Shown: one piece after another, positions 11,590-23,846 of the stretch
Layout of the letters: the number at the start of each line of letters is the position of its first letter
Position numbering within the stretch: the first letter of the stretch is position 1
Origin: Squalus acanthias
Lineage: Eukaryota
Assembly (NCBI GenBank): GCA_030390025.1
Contig: CM059432.1
Location: 42,658,001 to 42,722,000 of the forward strand
Length of the DNA stretch: 64,000 nucleotides
Direction: 5' to 3'
The notes under the pieces: generated by a model
What the model saw: the letters and a program-made list of their open reading frames with translations, nothing else
What the model was told of the DNA's origin: nothing
Database searches by the model: none
Program-made: the position numbers and the translations under genes

Positions 11590-13290
11590 TTCAAATGGAC
11601 AATCAACCAACAAAACCCTGCATTTATATAGTGCCTTTAGCATAGGAAAACATCCTAAAGTGCTTTTAAAGAGGTGTAGAGGGAATGGAAACCGAGCATG
11701 TTTTAAGAAATCAATTAAGGGTATTGACTGAAGAAACAATAGAAGAGGTAGGCTTTGAGGAGTTTTTTGAAAATAGGAGGAGGTGTAGAAAAGCAGAGGG
11801 GATTAAGAAAATAATTGAGTGTGTGAGACTAAAGGCTGTGCCACTGATAGGCCAGAGCAAGGAGTGGATGCACAGTAATCGAGAGATGGAAGAGTGCAGG
11901 GTTGGAGGAGACTCCAGAGATGAGATGGAACAAGACTATGCAGGGATTACAAATGAGAAAAAGGATTTTGAAATTGATGTATGGTAGCATAGTGGTTATG
12001 TTACTGGACTAGTAATCCAGCGGCCTGGACTAATGATCCAGGAGACGGGAGTTCAAATGCTTCACAGCAGCAATCTGGAATAAAAAGGTAATATTATTAA
12101 TGGTGACCATGAACCTACCGGATTGTCGTAAAAACCCATCTGGTTCACTAATGTCCTTCAGGGAAGGAAATCTGCCATCCTTACCCGGTCTGGCCTACAT
12201 GAGACTCCAGGTCCACAACAATGTGGTTGACTCTTAACTGCTCACTGAAATGGCCTAGTAAGCCAATCAGTTGTATCAAAACTGCTACGAAAAGCTATAA
12301 TAAAAGTAAAATTGGACAGACCACCAGGCAGGTACCCAGGTAACATTCGCTCCACACAAGTGCCAGGCAATGACCAGCCCCAACAAGGAAAAGCCTAACC
12401 AACTCCCCTTGTCATTCAATGGCATTATCATCGCCTAAACTCCCACCACCAACACCTTGGGGGGTCACCATTGACCAGAAACTCAACTGGACTAACACTG
12501 TGGCTACAAGAGCAGGTCAGAGGCTGGGTATTCTGTGGCCAGTTTCTCACCACCTGACTCCCCAAAGCCGTTCTACCACCTACAAGGCACAAGTCAGGAG
12601 TGTGATGGAATACACTCCACTTGCCTGGATGAGTGCAGCTCCAACAACACTCAAGAAGCTTGATACCATCCAGGACAAAGCAGCCCGCTTGATTGGCACC
12701 CCATCCATCACCTTAAACATTCACTCCCTCTACCACCGGCGCAGTGTATGCCATCTACAAGATGCATTGCAGCAGCTCGCCAAGGCTTCGTCGACAGCGC
12801 CTCCCAAACCTGCGACCTCTACCACCTAGAAGGACAAGGGCAGCAAGCACATGAGGACACCACCACCTCCAAGTCACACACCATCCTGACTTGGAAATAT
12901 ATCGCCGTTCCTTCATTGTTGCTGGGTCAGAATCCTGGATCTCCCTCCCTAACAGCACTGTGGGAGTACCTTCACCACACAGACTGCAGCAGTTGAAGAC
13001 GGCAGCTCACCACCACCTTCTCAAGGGCAATTAGGGATGGGCAATAGATGTCCACATCCCGTGAATGAATAAAAAAAAATGTGCTGGGGGACAAGGAACA
13101 AGGAGTGGTCGATGCCAAGGGTGAGACTGATAGATATGTGGAACTTGGTTCAGGCATGATGTGGGTGGAAGAGCTCTGAGTAAATTGGAGTTTATGGCGC
13201 GTAGGAGACCAGCAGGAAAGTACTAGCAAGGTCAAGCCTCAAAGTCTTGAAGTGTGGATGACCGTTTGTTGGCAATTGGGATGAGGTAAG
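11590..13290 (-). mobile_element. Old L2-type LINE 3' fragment interrupted by a family B derivative
   Basis: L2-type tail tgcatttatatagtgcctttagc at ~11620; purine-rich antisense RT-like sequence on both sides of the 11983-13079 insertion. Confidence 0.5.
11983..13079 (+). mobile_element. Non-autonomous bipartite derivative of the family B LINE (tRNA-like head and 5' UTR fused to RT C-terminus and 3' tail)
   Basis: A box TAGCATAGTGG at 11985-11995, B box GTTCAAATG at 12051. 11983-12330 aligns with the reverse complement of 1760-2135. After ~12341 it is the RT C-terminus (GVTIDQKLNW..KAQVRSVMEY), ending atgaatAAAAAAAAA. Confidence 0.88.
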
Positions 13291-13561
13291 GACAGTATAT
13301 TTAATATCTTATGAATATGTACATTATTGGCAGCATGTAGCCATTGGTCTGATGCTGTCTTTTTTACAAAATGTTCTTTTGCTTTACCCTTTTTTTGTTG
13401 CAAAGGGGGACTGTTCTTAAAAAAAAAAGTTCCTTTTATTATGTATTAAAAAGTGTGCAAGCTGTACTAGGTTTCTCTTCCCCGATGATTACATGTATGC
13501 TTTGTACACTTAAAATAATGCTGAAACTTGTGAATGGCCTTACAAGTGATCTAAAACCCCA

Positions 13562-14263
13562 GGCCCGGATTTTCTGGGGGCTGTGACAGCATACGCAGCC
13601 GTAAGTGCCACCAGGCAAGTTCTGGGTTTCTGCATGCGATGTGCATGCGCGAAAACCCGAAACTTGACGGATCGTACGAATCCCCGAAAAATGGACGTTC
13701 GCTGGCGGAGAGTTGGGCTATTTGCCCAACTACTGCCCAGCGAATGCCCACGAAACTCTTCCGCCTGGTTTAACGAAATATTAAAATACATGTTTTAAAA
13801 TCATTTAAACTTTAAAAAAAACTTTAAAATTAGTTCAGGTTATTTTGGGCCCTCTAAAAATGTTTAAATTTATTTTTCAAAAAATTAAATTTTTGTTTTA
13901 AATGTGTAATTACTTTTGTATTTAAATTAATTTTGACCATGTAATGATTTATTTTTATTTAAGTTGTTTGACATTTGTATTTTTTGGGTGGTTCTTATTA
14001 AGCTTTTGGGGATTCCATACATAAATGGAATCCCCATAAGCATAATGGGAATCCCCCTTTCTCATTGGTTGGGCCGGCCCATGTGATCCCAGGGACGCTT
14101 GCGAACCGCATGCGCTCCCGGGATACGTGGGCCTTTACGCAGGCGTACGCCTGCAGACCCAGGAGCGCGAGTCTTCGTAGATACGGGACCATCAGGGGTT
14201 CGTATTTTGTTGCGGTTCGGAGGGATTCGCCCGCAGCAAGCCTCCGACCGCAAATTCGTGCCC
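13562..14263. mobile_element. Harbinger-type MITE, family M1
   Basis: Imperfect TIRs ggcccggattt / aaattcgtgcc(c); GC-rich arms and an AT-rich core. Internal blocks shared with 26368-27083 and 37580-38341, in the opposite orientation. Confidence 0.75.
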
Positions 14264-14700
14264 CCAGTTTTAAAGTGGATGATGATTATTTCCACCACAC
14301 ACTGACAATGTGCCCTCTCACTGCTGTGTTGCTGGTATAAAACTTGCATGCAGTACCTTCTTTAATGCAGTAGCTTTGGCTTATCATAATTTAAGGCTGA
14401 CTTCTCATACAGAACAACATTGTTAAGTGTAAAACCTCACTCCAGTATGTTGATGATGGGTGTGATTTTTACTTTGTTGTGGTGATATTAACATTTAGAA
14501 GCTTTGGTCACAATTTTTTTTTAAATCTGGTGATTTTAGTTACAGTATTATGAGGCTTTTAAGTATAAGTTATCTTGTAAAAGTTATGTTACAGGCTTTT
14601 TGTAAAATTAATGTTCATTCATGTAATTCTTTCACTGATGTGTGGTAGAACAATGGTGGTAATGTCGGGTGACTAAAATCACTGTTATGATATATTTTGT

Positions 14701-14960
14701 GGAGATGCCGGTGTTGGACTGGGGTGGACAAAAGTGAGAAGTTGCACAACACCAGGTTATAGTCCAACAGCTTTATTTGAAATCACAAGCTTTCGGAGCG
14801 CTGCTCCTTCGTCAGGTGAAGTGAAGAAATACAAATGGGCATATATGCTGTGACTATATGCATCTCTTCACTTCACCTGACGAAGGAGCAGCGCTCCGAA
14901 AGCTTGTGATTTCAAATAAAGCTGTTGGACTATAACCTGGTGTTGTGCGACTTCTCACTA
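14701..14960. mobile_element. Penelope-like element remnant: inverted pLTR pair with 14-bp TSD
   Basis: 95-bp inverted arms at 14733-14827 and 14865-14959 (1 mismatch), a 32-bp extension at 14701-14732, and TSD atgatatattttgt at 14687-14700 and 14961-14974. Confidence 0.8.
14872..14910 (+). ncRNA. Minimal type I hammerhead ribozyme motif (mirror copy on - strand at ~14782-14820)
   Basis: tcac-CTGACGA-a-GGAGC agc GCTCC-GAAA-GC-TT-gtga: conserved core boxes, stem II hairpin, stem I tcac/gtga and a palindromic AGCT stem III, as in Penelope-associated minimal hammerheads. Confidence 0.7.
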
Positions 14961-15329
14961 ATGATATATTTTGTCCAATGTCTTATTGTTTTTTACCAGA
15001 TTTAAAATGTTAGTGGCTCAACAACAAAATTGAATCAAATTGTAGCTTTTAAGCTCTGGTTCAAATTATTATGGTGACTGCAATTGAATTTTACTTATTA
15101 CAATTTGAATTTGCAAGGATATGCAACTTTAGAAATTCTCCAATTTGGAAGCATTTAAGTATTTTTTATAGGCATTGGAAATTTCATTGAAAGCACTGCA
15201 GTCCATTGTTTTTATTAGCGTTTTTGTGTTTACTATTGCACTGCAACTTGCTAATTGTTCCACAATGTGCATTCTTAGGTTCAAATAAATGTTAGATAGG
15301 TAGATCTTCTAGTACATGGGAAGAAGTCA

Positions 15330-16492
15330 AGAAAAAGAAAGAACTTGCATTTATAAAGCGCATTTCATGACCTCGGGCCATCCCAAAACGCTTTTAAAAA
15401 AAAAAAAAAAATTGTTTATGGGATGTGGGCGTCGCTGGCAAGGCCAGTATTTATTGCCCATCCCTAATTGCCTTTGAGAAGGTAACGGTGAGCTGCCTTC
15501 TTGAACCGCTGCAATCCGTGTGGTGAAGGTACTCCCACAGTGCTGTTAGGTAGGGAGTACCAGGATTTTGACCCAACGACGATGAAGGATCGGCGATATA
15601 CTTCTAAGTCAGGATGGTGTGTGACTTGGAGGGGAACTTGGATGTGGTGGTGTTTCTATGTGCCTGCTGCCCGTGTCCTTCTAGGTGGAAGAGGTTGCGG
15701 GTTTGGGAAGTGCTGCCGAAGAAGCCTTGGCGAGTTGCTGCAGTGCATCTTGTAGATGGTACACACTGCAGCCACGGTATGCCGGTGGTGGAGGGAGTGA
15801 ATGGCTAAGGTGGTGGATGGGGTGCCAATCAAGTGGGCTGCTTTGTCCTGGATGGTGTCGAATTCTGAGTGTTGTTGGAGCTGCACTCATCCAGGCAATT
15901 GGAGAGTATTCCATCACACTCCTTACTTGTGCCTTGTAGATGGTGGAAAGGCTTTGGGGAGTCAGGAGATGAGACACTCGCCGCAGAATACCTAGCCTCT
16001 GACCTGCTCTTGTTGCCACTGTATTTATGTGGCTGGTCCAGTTAAGTTTCTGGTCAATGCTGACCCCCAGGATGTTGACGGTGGGGGATTCGGCGATGGT
16101 AATGCCGTTGAATGTCAAGGGGCGGTGGTTAGGATCTCGCTTGTTGGAGCTAGTCATTGCCTGGCACTTTTGTGGCGCGAATGTTACCTGCCACTTATCA
16201 GCCCAAGCCTGAACGTCGTCCAGGTCATTGAAGTGCTTTTATAGTTTAGTCACTATTGTAAGGTATGGAAACGTGGCAGCAAATTTATGCAGAGCAAGGT
16301 CCCACAAACAGCAATGAGATAAGGACCAGATAATCTGTTTTTTAGTGATGTTGGTTGATGGATAAATATTGGCCAGGACTCCCCTGCTCTTCTTCGAACA
16401 GTGCCATCCATCTGAGCGGGCAGAGAGGTTTGACATCTCCTCTTAAAAAAAAACAGCACCTCCAAGAATGCAGCACTCCCTCATTACTACAT
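15330..16492 (-). mobile_element. Deu-domain SINE (SacSINE1/AmnSINE-like) split by a family B LINE 3' fragment at 15396-16226
   Basis: SINE 3' end at 15330-15395 (cttgcatttataaagcgc) and body at 16227-16492 (gtcccacaaacagcaatg, aatattggccaggac, gcagcactccctc). The intervening segment encodes the family B RT C-terminus on the - strand. Confidence 0.75.
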
Positions 16493-16504
16493 TAAGGTGT
16501 CGAC

Positions 16505-17096
16505 TACAACAACAACTTGCACTTATATAGTGCCTTTAACGTAGTAAAACATCCCAAGGTGTTTCACGGAAGCATTATCAAACAAAATTTGACACTGAGC
16601 CACATTAGGAGATATCAAAGCAGATGACCAAAAGCTTCGTCAATTAGGTAGGTTTTAAGGAAAGAGAAAGGCAGAGAGGTTTAGGGAGAGAATTCCAGAG
16701 CTTAGTGCCTAGGCAGCTGAAGGCATGGCTGCCAATGGTGGAGCAATTAAAATTGGGGATGCGCAAGAAGCCAAAATTGGAGGAGCGCAGAGATCACAGA
16801 GGGTTGTTCTGCCAGACTCTGCTGCCAACTCGGCCACCCGTGTCCTAACTCGCACCAAGTCCCATTCACCCATCACCCCTGTGCTCACTGACCTACATTG
16901 GCTCCCGGTCCGGCAACACCTCGATTTTAAAATTCTCATCCTTGTTTTCAAATCCTTCCATAGCCTCACCCCTCCCTATCTCTGTAACCTCCTCCAGCTC
17001 TACAACCCAATATTTAGTTGGAGGAAATTTTTGCTTATCCAGTACTGGATGTCGAACAAGCAGTGTGACAAATCAGAGAGAGTGGAGGGGTGGTGA
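16505..17096 (-). mobile_element. L2-type LINE 3' fragment with an internal inversion
   Basis: (caa)n tail and cttgcacttatatagtgcc at 16505-16535. ~16826-17008 reads + strand (ITPVLTDLHWLPV..FKILILVFK), while the flanks read - strand. Confidence 0.75.
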
Positions 17097-17289
17097 GGTA
17101 AATTATGATAGAAAATACACAATTCAGAGACTAGTACCTTCAGCTATCCTTGTAAAGTGATTATAAATCATTAATCCACTCAGTGGAGTTAGGAGTCAAC
17201 ATTATTCAAATATTTAAAGTATTTTATTGAAAATATCTTCTGATGGAAATATTCTTTTAATTTATAGATGCTCTGTTGCAACACTGAAA

Positions 17290-17350
17290 ATGGGAAGGAA
17301 AGATGCTGGTGCCTCTAAAATCCCAATCGATCACTATCGGAAACAAATAG
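17290..17350 (+). CDS. TRIQK: TRIQK (triple QxxK/R motif-containing protein), first coding exon; the exon itself starts at 17268
   Basis: Acceptor ttttaatttatag|17268, ATG at 17290, donor AG|gtaagt at 17351. Encodes MGRKDAGASKIPIDHYRKQI plus 1 nt, recognisably the vertebrate TRIQK N-terminus (MGRKDA...PVDQYRKQIG). Confidence 0.93.
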
Positions 17351-17608
17351 GTAAGTACAGTAAAATTCTAGATTATTACGGATAGTGCTTTTAATCCTTT
17401 AAATATTAACATTTTATGGCAGATTGTGAAATAACTATAAAATTATGACTGCCCAATTTTAGAAAAACATGTTTTGTTGAAGGAATAGTCCAGGTGTTCT
17501 TGAATATTCATTGAAAAATTACACTCTAATTTTTTTTAAAACATTATTTATCCACAAGTAAAAACGCTAGACTGGCCTCCCATTTGGAATAGTCACTTTA
17601 CAGTTTAC

Positions 17609-18341
17609 AGGGTAGAGTTTCCGATTTGGGCGCAATCAGTGATCCTGGCGCACATTGCGCCCAAAATTGAGCTATTTTGGGAAATGTTTTTTCCCCTCAA
17701 GTTTCTGCTCAAACTCATTTGCATATCGCTGAACGTAAAATCTGCCATGAACCAGTGCAATCGGGCAGCGTTTTACAACGTAATTTTTCAAAAAAATAAT
17801 CCTTGATATATTTAGGAATGGTAACTTGGTGCAGTTTGATTAATACAGCTGAAAATGGGTTTATCACAAAAATAAGCATTTTAATCAGAGTGTCCTAGTC
17901 CACCACCTGTGAATAACCCGATTTTTAAATGACTGAAAATGACTTTAAAAATCTATACAGAACCATTTGCTAGTTATATTGGTGTGCAGAAGTCAGTTTT
18001 TTTCGTAAATTAGAAAGAAATTATACTCAAAAGCTATTAAAATGTGCCTATTAGTGTCCTTGTGTCCAAAAGAACCAGCTTACTTTGAAGATCCTCCTCG
18101 GAGGCCCGCAAATGAGCGCAATTAGCGGAAACTCCCAATGGTGATTAATTCGATCGGGGGCGTGGCCAGTTATGTTGGCTGGGCCTGCTTCTAGCGTGAT
18201 ATTTTTTATACTAACACAAAACATCATGGAAACTCAATTTGCGCTGAACGTAACTTGCACTTAAAATTCCACGTTGGTTTGGCCAATTTCGGGCATGTTG
18301 CGCCAAAAAAAAACAACGCCACCGAGTGGAAGCTCCAGGCC
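17609..18341. mobile_element. Harbinger-type MITE
   Basis: Degenerate TIRs agggtagagtttcc / ggaagctccaggcc, flanked by TAC on both sides; repeated GCGCAA/TTGCGC subterminal motifs. Confidence 0.6.
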
Positions 18342-21084
18342 TACATATTTAGTGGAAACATCATCAACATGGTAGTCTGATCAGGAGCTCGGTACCTCAA
18401 AATCTGATTTTTGTAATATTTTTCTGAGGGAGAAATTCCCTCGATTTTCATGCCCATCTCTATAGTCACCCCAGGTTATGAGATGCCTAAAGCCAGGAGG
18501 GTGAGTGGGCAGCCCAGGTATAGGCCGGCACCAATATCACTTCGAAATAGCTGCTAGGATGTTAACAAAAGCAGTATGGGAATCATCGGGCTCGGATTTC
18601 TCCACAGGTATATGTAGTTAGGTCACAGATCAGCCATGATTTCATTGAATGGCGGAACAGGCCCGAGGGGCTAATAGGCCTACTCCTTTTCCTATATTCC
18701 CTGCTGCAGCATGATAACAGATTGCACTACCACTCCACCCATGGCAAATTATAAAAGTTTTTAAAATAGTTGCGTATCGTTTCTCATAGCATTGCACATG
18801 GACAAAGAAAGTGTCTCTTGTCTTTCTGTAACTCGTTGTGCTTGTTTCCCCAATCTCTAATTCTTTCTGCTTTCGTGGTTTCAGGAACAGTGGGGAACGA
18901 GGTAAGGGTGGAGGCAAGTTATATTGCAGAGATGAATAGGATATGGAGTTTGAAGCTCAACTCTGTTCTGCGTATTTGAGAAGAAGGTCACTGTAGGTCT
19001 TGTAAGCAATGCCAAATGGAGATTCCTGTCAGTATCAGATAAAATTAACTAGAATGGTAGTTAGTTTTTATCTTCAGCATTGGCGTGGTCCTGTTATAAA
19101 AGTACAGTCACTCAATGGGGATTAGGTAATTTAGCTCAATCCAAAGTATTTAAAATGGAGTGTGGGTGCATGCAGAAGGCTAAATTGAAGATACAGAAAT
19201 ATTTCCACGTGGTTGTAGAAGGTGAATTTCTGTCTCTCCATAATACCCCGTAACAAATATTGTCCTGAAAAACTGAATGTTTGTCCCCAGCAGGTCCCCA
19301 TATTTCCATATGTGTGCTTGGTTCAGTTAGAGCACATTCCAATAGCTATTCAAAGTATTGCAAAGTACATTTGCTATATTGTAGCAGCATTGAGATGATG
19401 ACTAAAACATGAAAAAGACACTGATAAGTCTATGTTTATTATTCTGGATTCCCATATCGCTTTTTTGTTTAGCTGGAGGGGAATGTGGAATTTCAACAAA
19501 GGCAGCAGGTGTAAAAGGCAAATTATACATGTTAGAAAGTAGTGCTTCTTCAATATGGCTATATTTTTACATCGACGCCACATGTCTGTTTGAGAAGTAA
19601 ATCCACAGTACCCAAAGCATAATAATGATGCCTTACAACTATTTACATACTTCCAGTCTTTGGAATAGTGGTGACACTTATGTTAATTTGCATTGGAACT
19701 GGTGATTGACAATTTATATTTAGAGAAGGTGGGAACAACCTGAAAAATGGAGGAAAGCACATTTCAACACTTGGTGATGCAGGTGCCAAGATGTACTGGG
19801 GTGGGAGATGCTGAATGAAGACCAGTGTTGTCCACATGTTAGGCACAATTGGGAATCCAGATGTGGCTAATTGTATTTTTGATTAGTAAATTTAAAAAAT
19901 GAAGAATAGACACAGTCGTTGGGCGCATACATGTGAACCTTTGTTGGTAAAATGCTAAGATGAAAAGCAGGGTGTGTGAGTGTTTTTAGATCTTTGTGTG
20001 CTTTTCTACTGCTTATTGGTTATCTGCTAAAATAGTGTGTGACACGGGTAAAAATACCAGATTTCAGCATCATGGAAAAATCAGCAACATTGTATGGAGA
20101 GGGGAGCTGTCATCATGGCCAGAATAACCGCTCCAGGCCAGCGGAAGAAAGCAAGAAGAAAGCAGGCCAGGGGATCCCTAAAGCTTGGCTGTTGATTACC
20201 TGTACTTAAGGTATCTGGACTTAGGTAGGTAGGAAGTGACCCTACAGTGAGAGAATATGCACTCTACATCAGGCAAACTGAAACTTTACTTATGTGAATT
20301 TCTCAGTAGCTTAGTTTGGAGACACTTAAGCACAGTGATGGGTTTCCGTGCATTTCCTCCTTTCTGGCATTCCCACTTCTATCCTGCATAAATTTCAACT
20401 TGTTCAAAACAGACTTGCCCACTTCACCCATCTCTCCCTTCCTCACTGACCTGTATCTGCTCCCTGTCTCCCAACACAATTGAATTTAAATCCTTGTCCT
20501 CATTCTCAGCTTCTGAAATTGGGAACTCAGCAGCTTCTGGAGGATGAAACCTGCATCCTCCCACGGCCATAGCGCAGTGTTTCATGTCTCCAATTAACGA
20601 TTGTTTACTTTGTTGATGTTTATTACGTGCATTTGTAAGTTTTTTATATATGAGCGTGTTCATACGCAAACAAATGATTGTTCAAACATGTGCTCTGCAA
20701 TACTTCAGGTGCAAGATGTGAACAGCACTGTAATTAGAACTCTTTTTTGATAATCCTCCTGTTTTGTGAATTTCTGCCATTTCTGCTTCTGGGCTGCATG
20801 GCAACAGTTTACTTTTACTTGTATGTAGGTACTGCCTATGACATCGAACTGTTAACTGATTTACTGTAATAAAATAAACCAGAAGCAATTCTTAATAACA
20901 TATACAAGATAATTAATATCCTGTTAACATACCTATCATATTTCCTTCCTGTTATGATATGGTGTCCCACTGTGGTAGTTTATCACATAGTAGCTGGAGC
21001 AGTGGAAGATCCAAATCAGTTGCAGACCATATGATCTTGAATAACAAAATAAAAAAAATTGTGTGTATTAATTGAGAATAACTG

Positions 21085-22270
21085 ATGAGTCTGGTAACTA
21101 CAGGCCAATCAGTCTAACGTCAGTGGTGGGAAAACTACTGGAGAGCAATGTTCCCGTTTAGCTGTGCGGCTGCGCAGCTGTCTGAAGCTCCCGCGCAGAC
21201 CGCTTGCCGGTTTCTCAATGGAAAAACCGCATATGCTCAGAAGTTTGAATGGGCCATGCAGCCCCTTAAAGGGGCCGCGCACCCGAAAAAAATGTTAGAG
21301 GGAACATTGCTGGAGACCATTGTCAAGGACAAAATTAATTCTCACTGGGGGAAGCATGGGTTAATAAGGGACAGCCAGCATGGATTTGTTAAAAGCAAAT
21401 CGTGTCTGACTAACCTGATTGAGTTCTTTGATGAAGTAACAGAGAGGGTTAATGAAGGTAGTGCAGTAAATGTGTGTATTTTTAGACTTTCAAAAGCTAT
21501 TTGATAAAGTACCACATAACAGACTTGTACGGAAAATAGAAGCACATGTTTTAAAGGGATGGTGGTAACTTGGGTGAGTAATTGGCTAAGGGATAGGAGG
21601 CAGAGAGTGGTGGTGAACGGATGTTTTTCTGACTGGAGAGAAGGATGCAGTGGGGTCTCCCAGGGGTCGGTAGTGGGACCATTGCTTTTCTTGTTATATA
21701 TAACTTGGGGATAGGGAGTACAAATTAAAAATTTGCAGATGATACAAAACTTGACAATGTAGTAAATAGTGAGCAGGATAGTAGCAGACTTCAGGAGAAC
21801 ATAGACAGGCTGGTGAAATGAGCAGACACATGGCAGATGCAATTAAAAGCGGATAAGTGTGAAGTTATGCACTTTGGGAGGAACAACATGGAGAAGCAAT
21901 ATAATCTAAATGGTTCTATTTTGAGGGTGGTGCAAGAGCAGAGGAGCCTGGGGGTGCATATTCACAAATCCTTGAAGGTGACAGGGTAAGTTGATCAGGC
22001 AGTTAAGAAAGTGTATGGATACTTGGCTTTTTAAATCAGGGCATTGAATACAAAAACAAATAAGTGATGTTAAACCTTTATATAGCACTGGTTAGGCCTC
22101 AGCTGGAGTATTGTGTACAATTCTGGGTACCGCTCTTTAGAAAACCTTGGAGAGGGTACAAAGGAGGTTTACCAGGATGATACCAGGGATGAGGAACTTC
22201 AGTTATGTGGAGAGATTGGAGATGCTGGGATTGTTCTCCTTAGAGCAGAGAAAGTTAAGGGGAGACCTAT
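21085..22270 (+). mobile_element. CR1 family A RT fragment (decayed)
   Basis: SQHGFVKSKSCLTNLIEFFDEVT, GVSQGSV and KFADD motifs, with stops and frameshifts. Confidence 0.85.
21146..21309. mobile_element. 164-bp hAT-type MITE inside CR1
   Basis: TIRs caatgttccc / gggaacattg; 8-bp TSD ctggagag (21138-21145) / ctggagac (21310-21317). Confidence 0.85.
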
Positions 22271-23461
22271 TAAATCTGATTGCATTACAGTCTTGAACAA
22301 AGTTATTAACTCAGTGATTCAAAAACGTCTATGCGAAGCAGAAATAAAACAAAGATTTGAGAACTTTGGATACATAAAGGAGTCATCATATCTAAAGGAC
22401 TGCCACACAGGAGCAGGAAGGTTTGATTTAATTAATACTTATGAGATGGAGGGTGGGAGATTTTAGAAGAGCAATTCAGATTATAAGGTGATCCTAGATT
22501 GTCCTGTAGAATTGATATAGTACAGGTTTGAGTCCTATGCCTTCTGAGGGTGACTCAGCACTTGGCAGAAATGAGTTGTACTGTCAGTTCTATCTTGCTT
22601 TCTGCCTAGGGAACAAGGAGCACACTGGCATCCAAAAGCCATTTAATTTAATGCGAACAAAGTGACCATCTAGTGTGCCTTCAACCCACAAGTCACTATA
22701 TTGCTCCCAAGTTTTTGGAGTACTGATATACATTACCTTACATTTATCTACTTCAGTGTCATTTGCTAATTTACACCTCTAATTTACAGTGGAAAGACTG
22801 CCTGAATCCCCCCAACTCACCAACCTAATTAGCCATCCCGCACAATTTGGTATCTGCAAATGCCAAGATTCTGCTCCGAATCCTTTCCTGCAGATCACTG
22901 GTAAAGCAGACACACAATGACCAATCCTTAGCAAACTTCAATGTGAGAAATTTATAATCACCTTGCTATTTATTATCTAGTTTTTTAAAAACTCCTGTTT
23001 GCAATTTTCTCTTGAATTTGCTGGTCAGCATTTTTTTCGACATGGTATTTATGAGGAATTATATCAGACGTGTTTTGAAAGCCTATATTCCTGTGAGAAG
23101 TCTAGTAAATTTGTAGGACATGATTCCCTTCCCCAAAATGAATATTTATTAAATTCAAAGTAAAGAGATCCTATAAATACATCCTTTGCTAACATCAACA
23201 TTATTTCCTGCAACTAATAAGCTAACTCATCAATAGTTCTCTGATTTTTGTTTTAGTCATATTTGTAGAATGGTGTAACATTTGTTATTTTCCATTTCAC
23301 TGGCTTTCCTTGTTTCCAATCAGCCATGTTAAGCTCCTTCTGCTCATTTGTTGTAAGATAGGTTTGCCATTCAAATGTTTTAGAGGAATCTGTTTTGTTA
23401 CTATTTCCTCCACCCATTCTCCATATTTTTGAAATTTTCTCCTCTTTCACTGTGATATTTT

Positions 23462-23846
23462 ACATAGGATTACATAGGATATACGGCACAGAAACAGGCC
23501 ATTCGGCCCAACCAGTCCATGCCGGCGTTTATGCTCTACTCCCGTCTTTCCTCATCTAAATCTATCAGCATAACCCTCTATTCCCTTCTCCCTCATATGC
23601 TTGTCTAGCCTCCCCTTGAATGCATCTATACTATTCGCTTCAACCACTCCCTGTGGTAGCGAGTTCCACATTCTCACCACTCTTTGGGTAAAAAAGTTTC
23701 TCCTGAATTCCCTATTGGATTTCTTGGTGACTATCTTATATTGATGGCCTCTAGTTATGCTCTTCCTCACAAGTGGAAACATTCTCTTTGTATTCACTCT
23801 ATCAAAACCTTTCATAATTTTAAAGACCTCTATTAGGTCACCCCTT
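23462..23846 (-). mobile_element. CR1 family A 3' end
   Basis: ORF 23552-23815 (TRGHQYK..FFTQRVVRMWNSLP) and a short tandem-repeat tail (atcctatgta)n. Confidence 0.85.

Noticed and set aside
21148..21504. 118-aa ORF fusing novel sequence to an RT segment
   Set aside because: Artefact of the hAT MITE inserted into a dead CR1.
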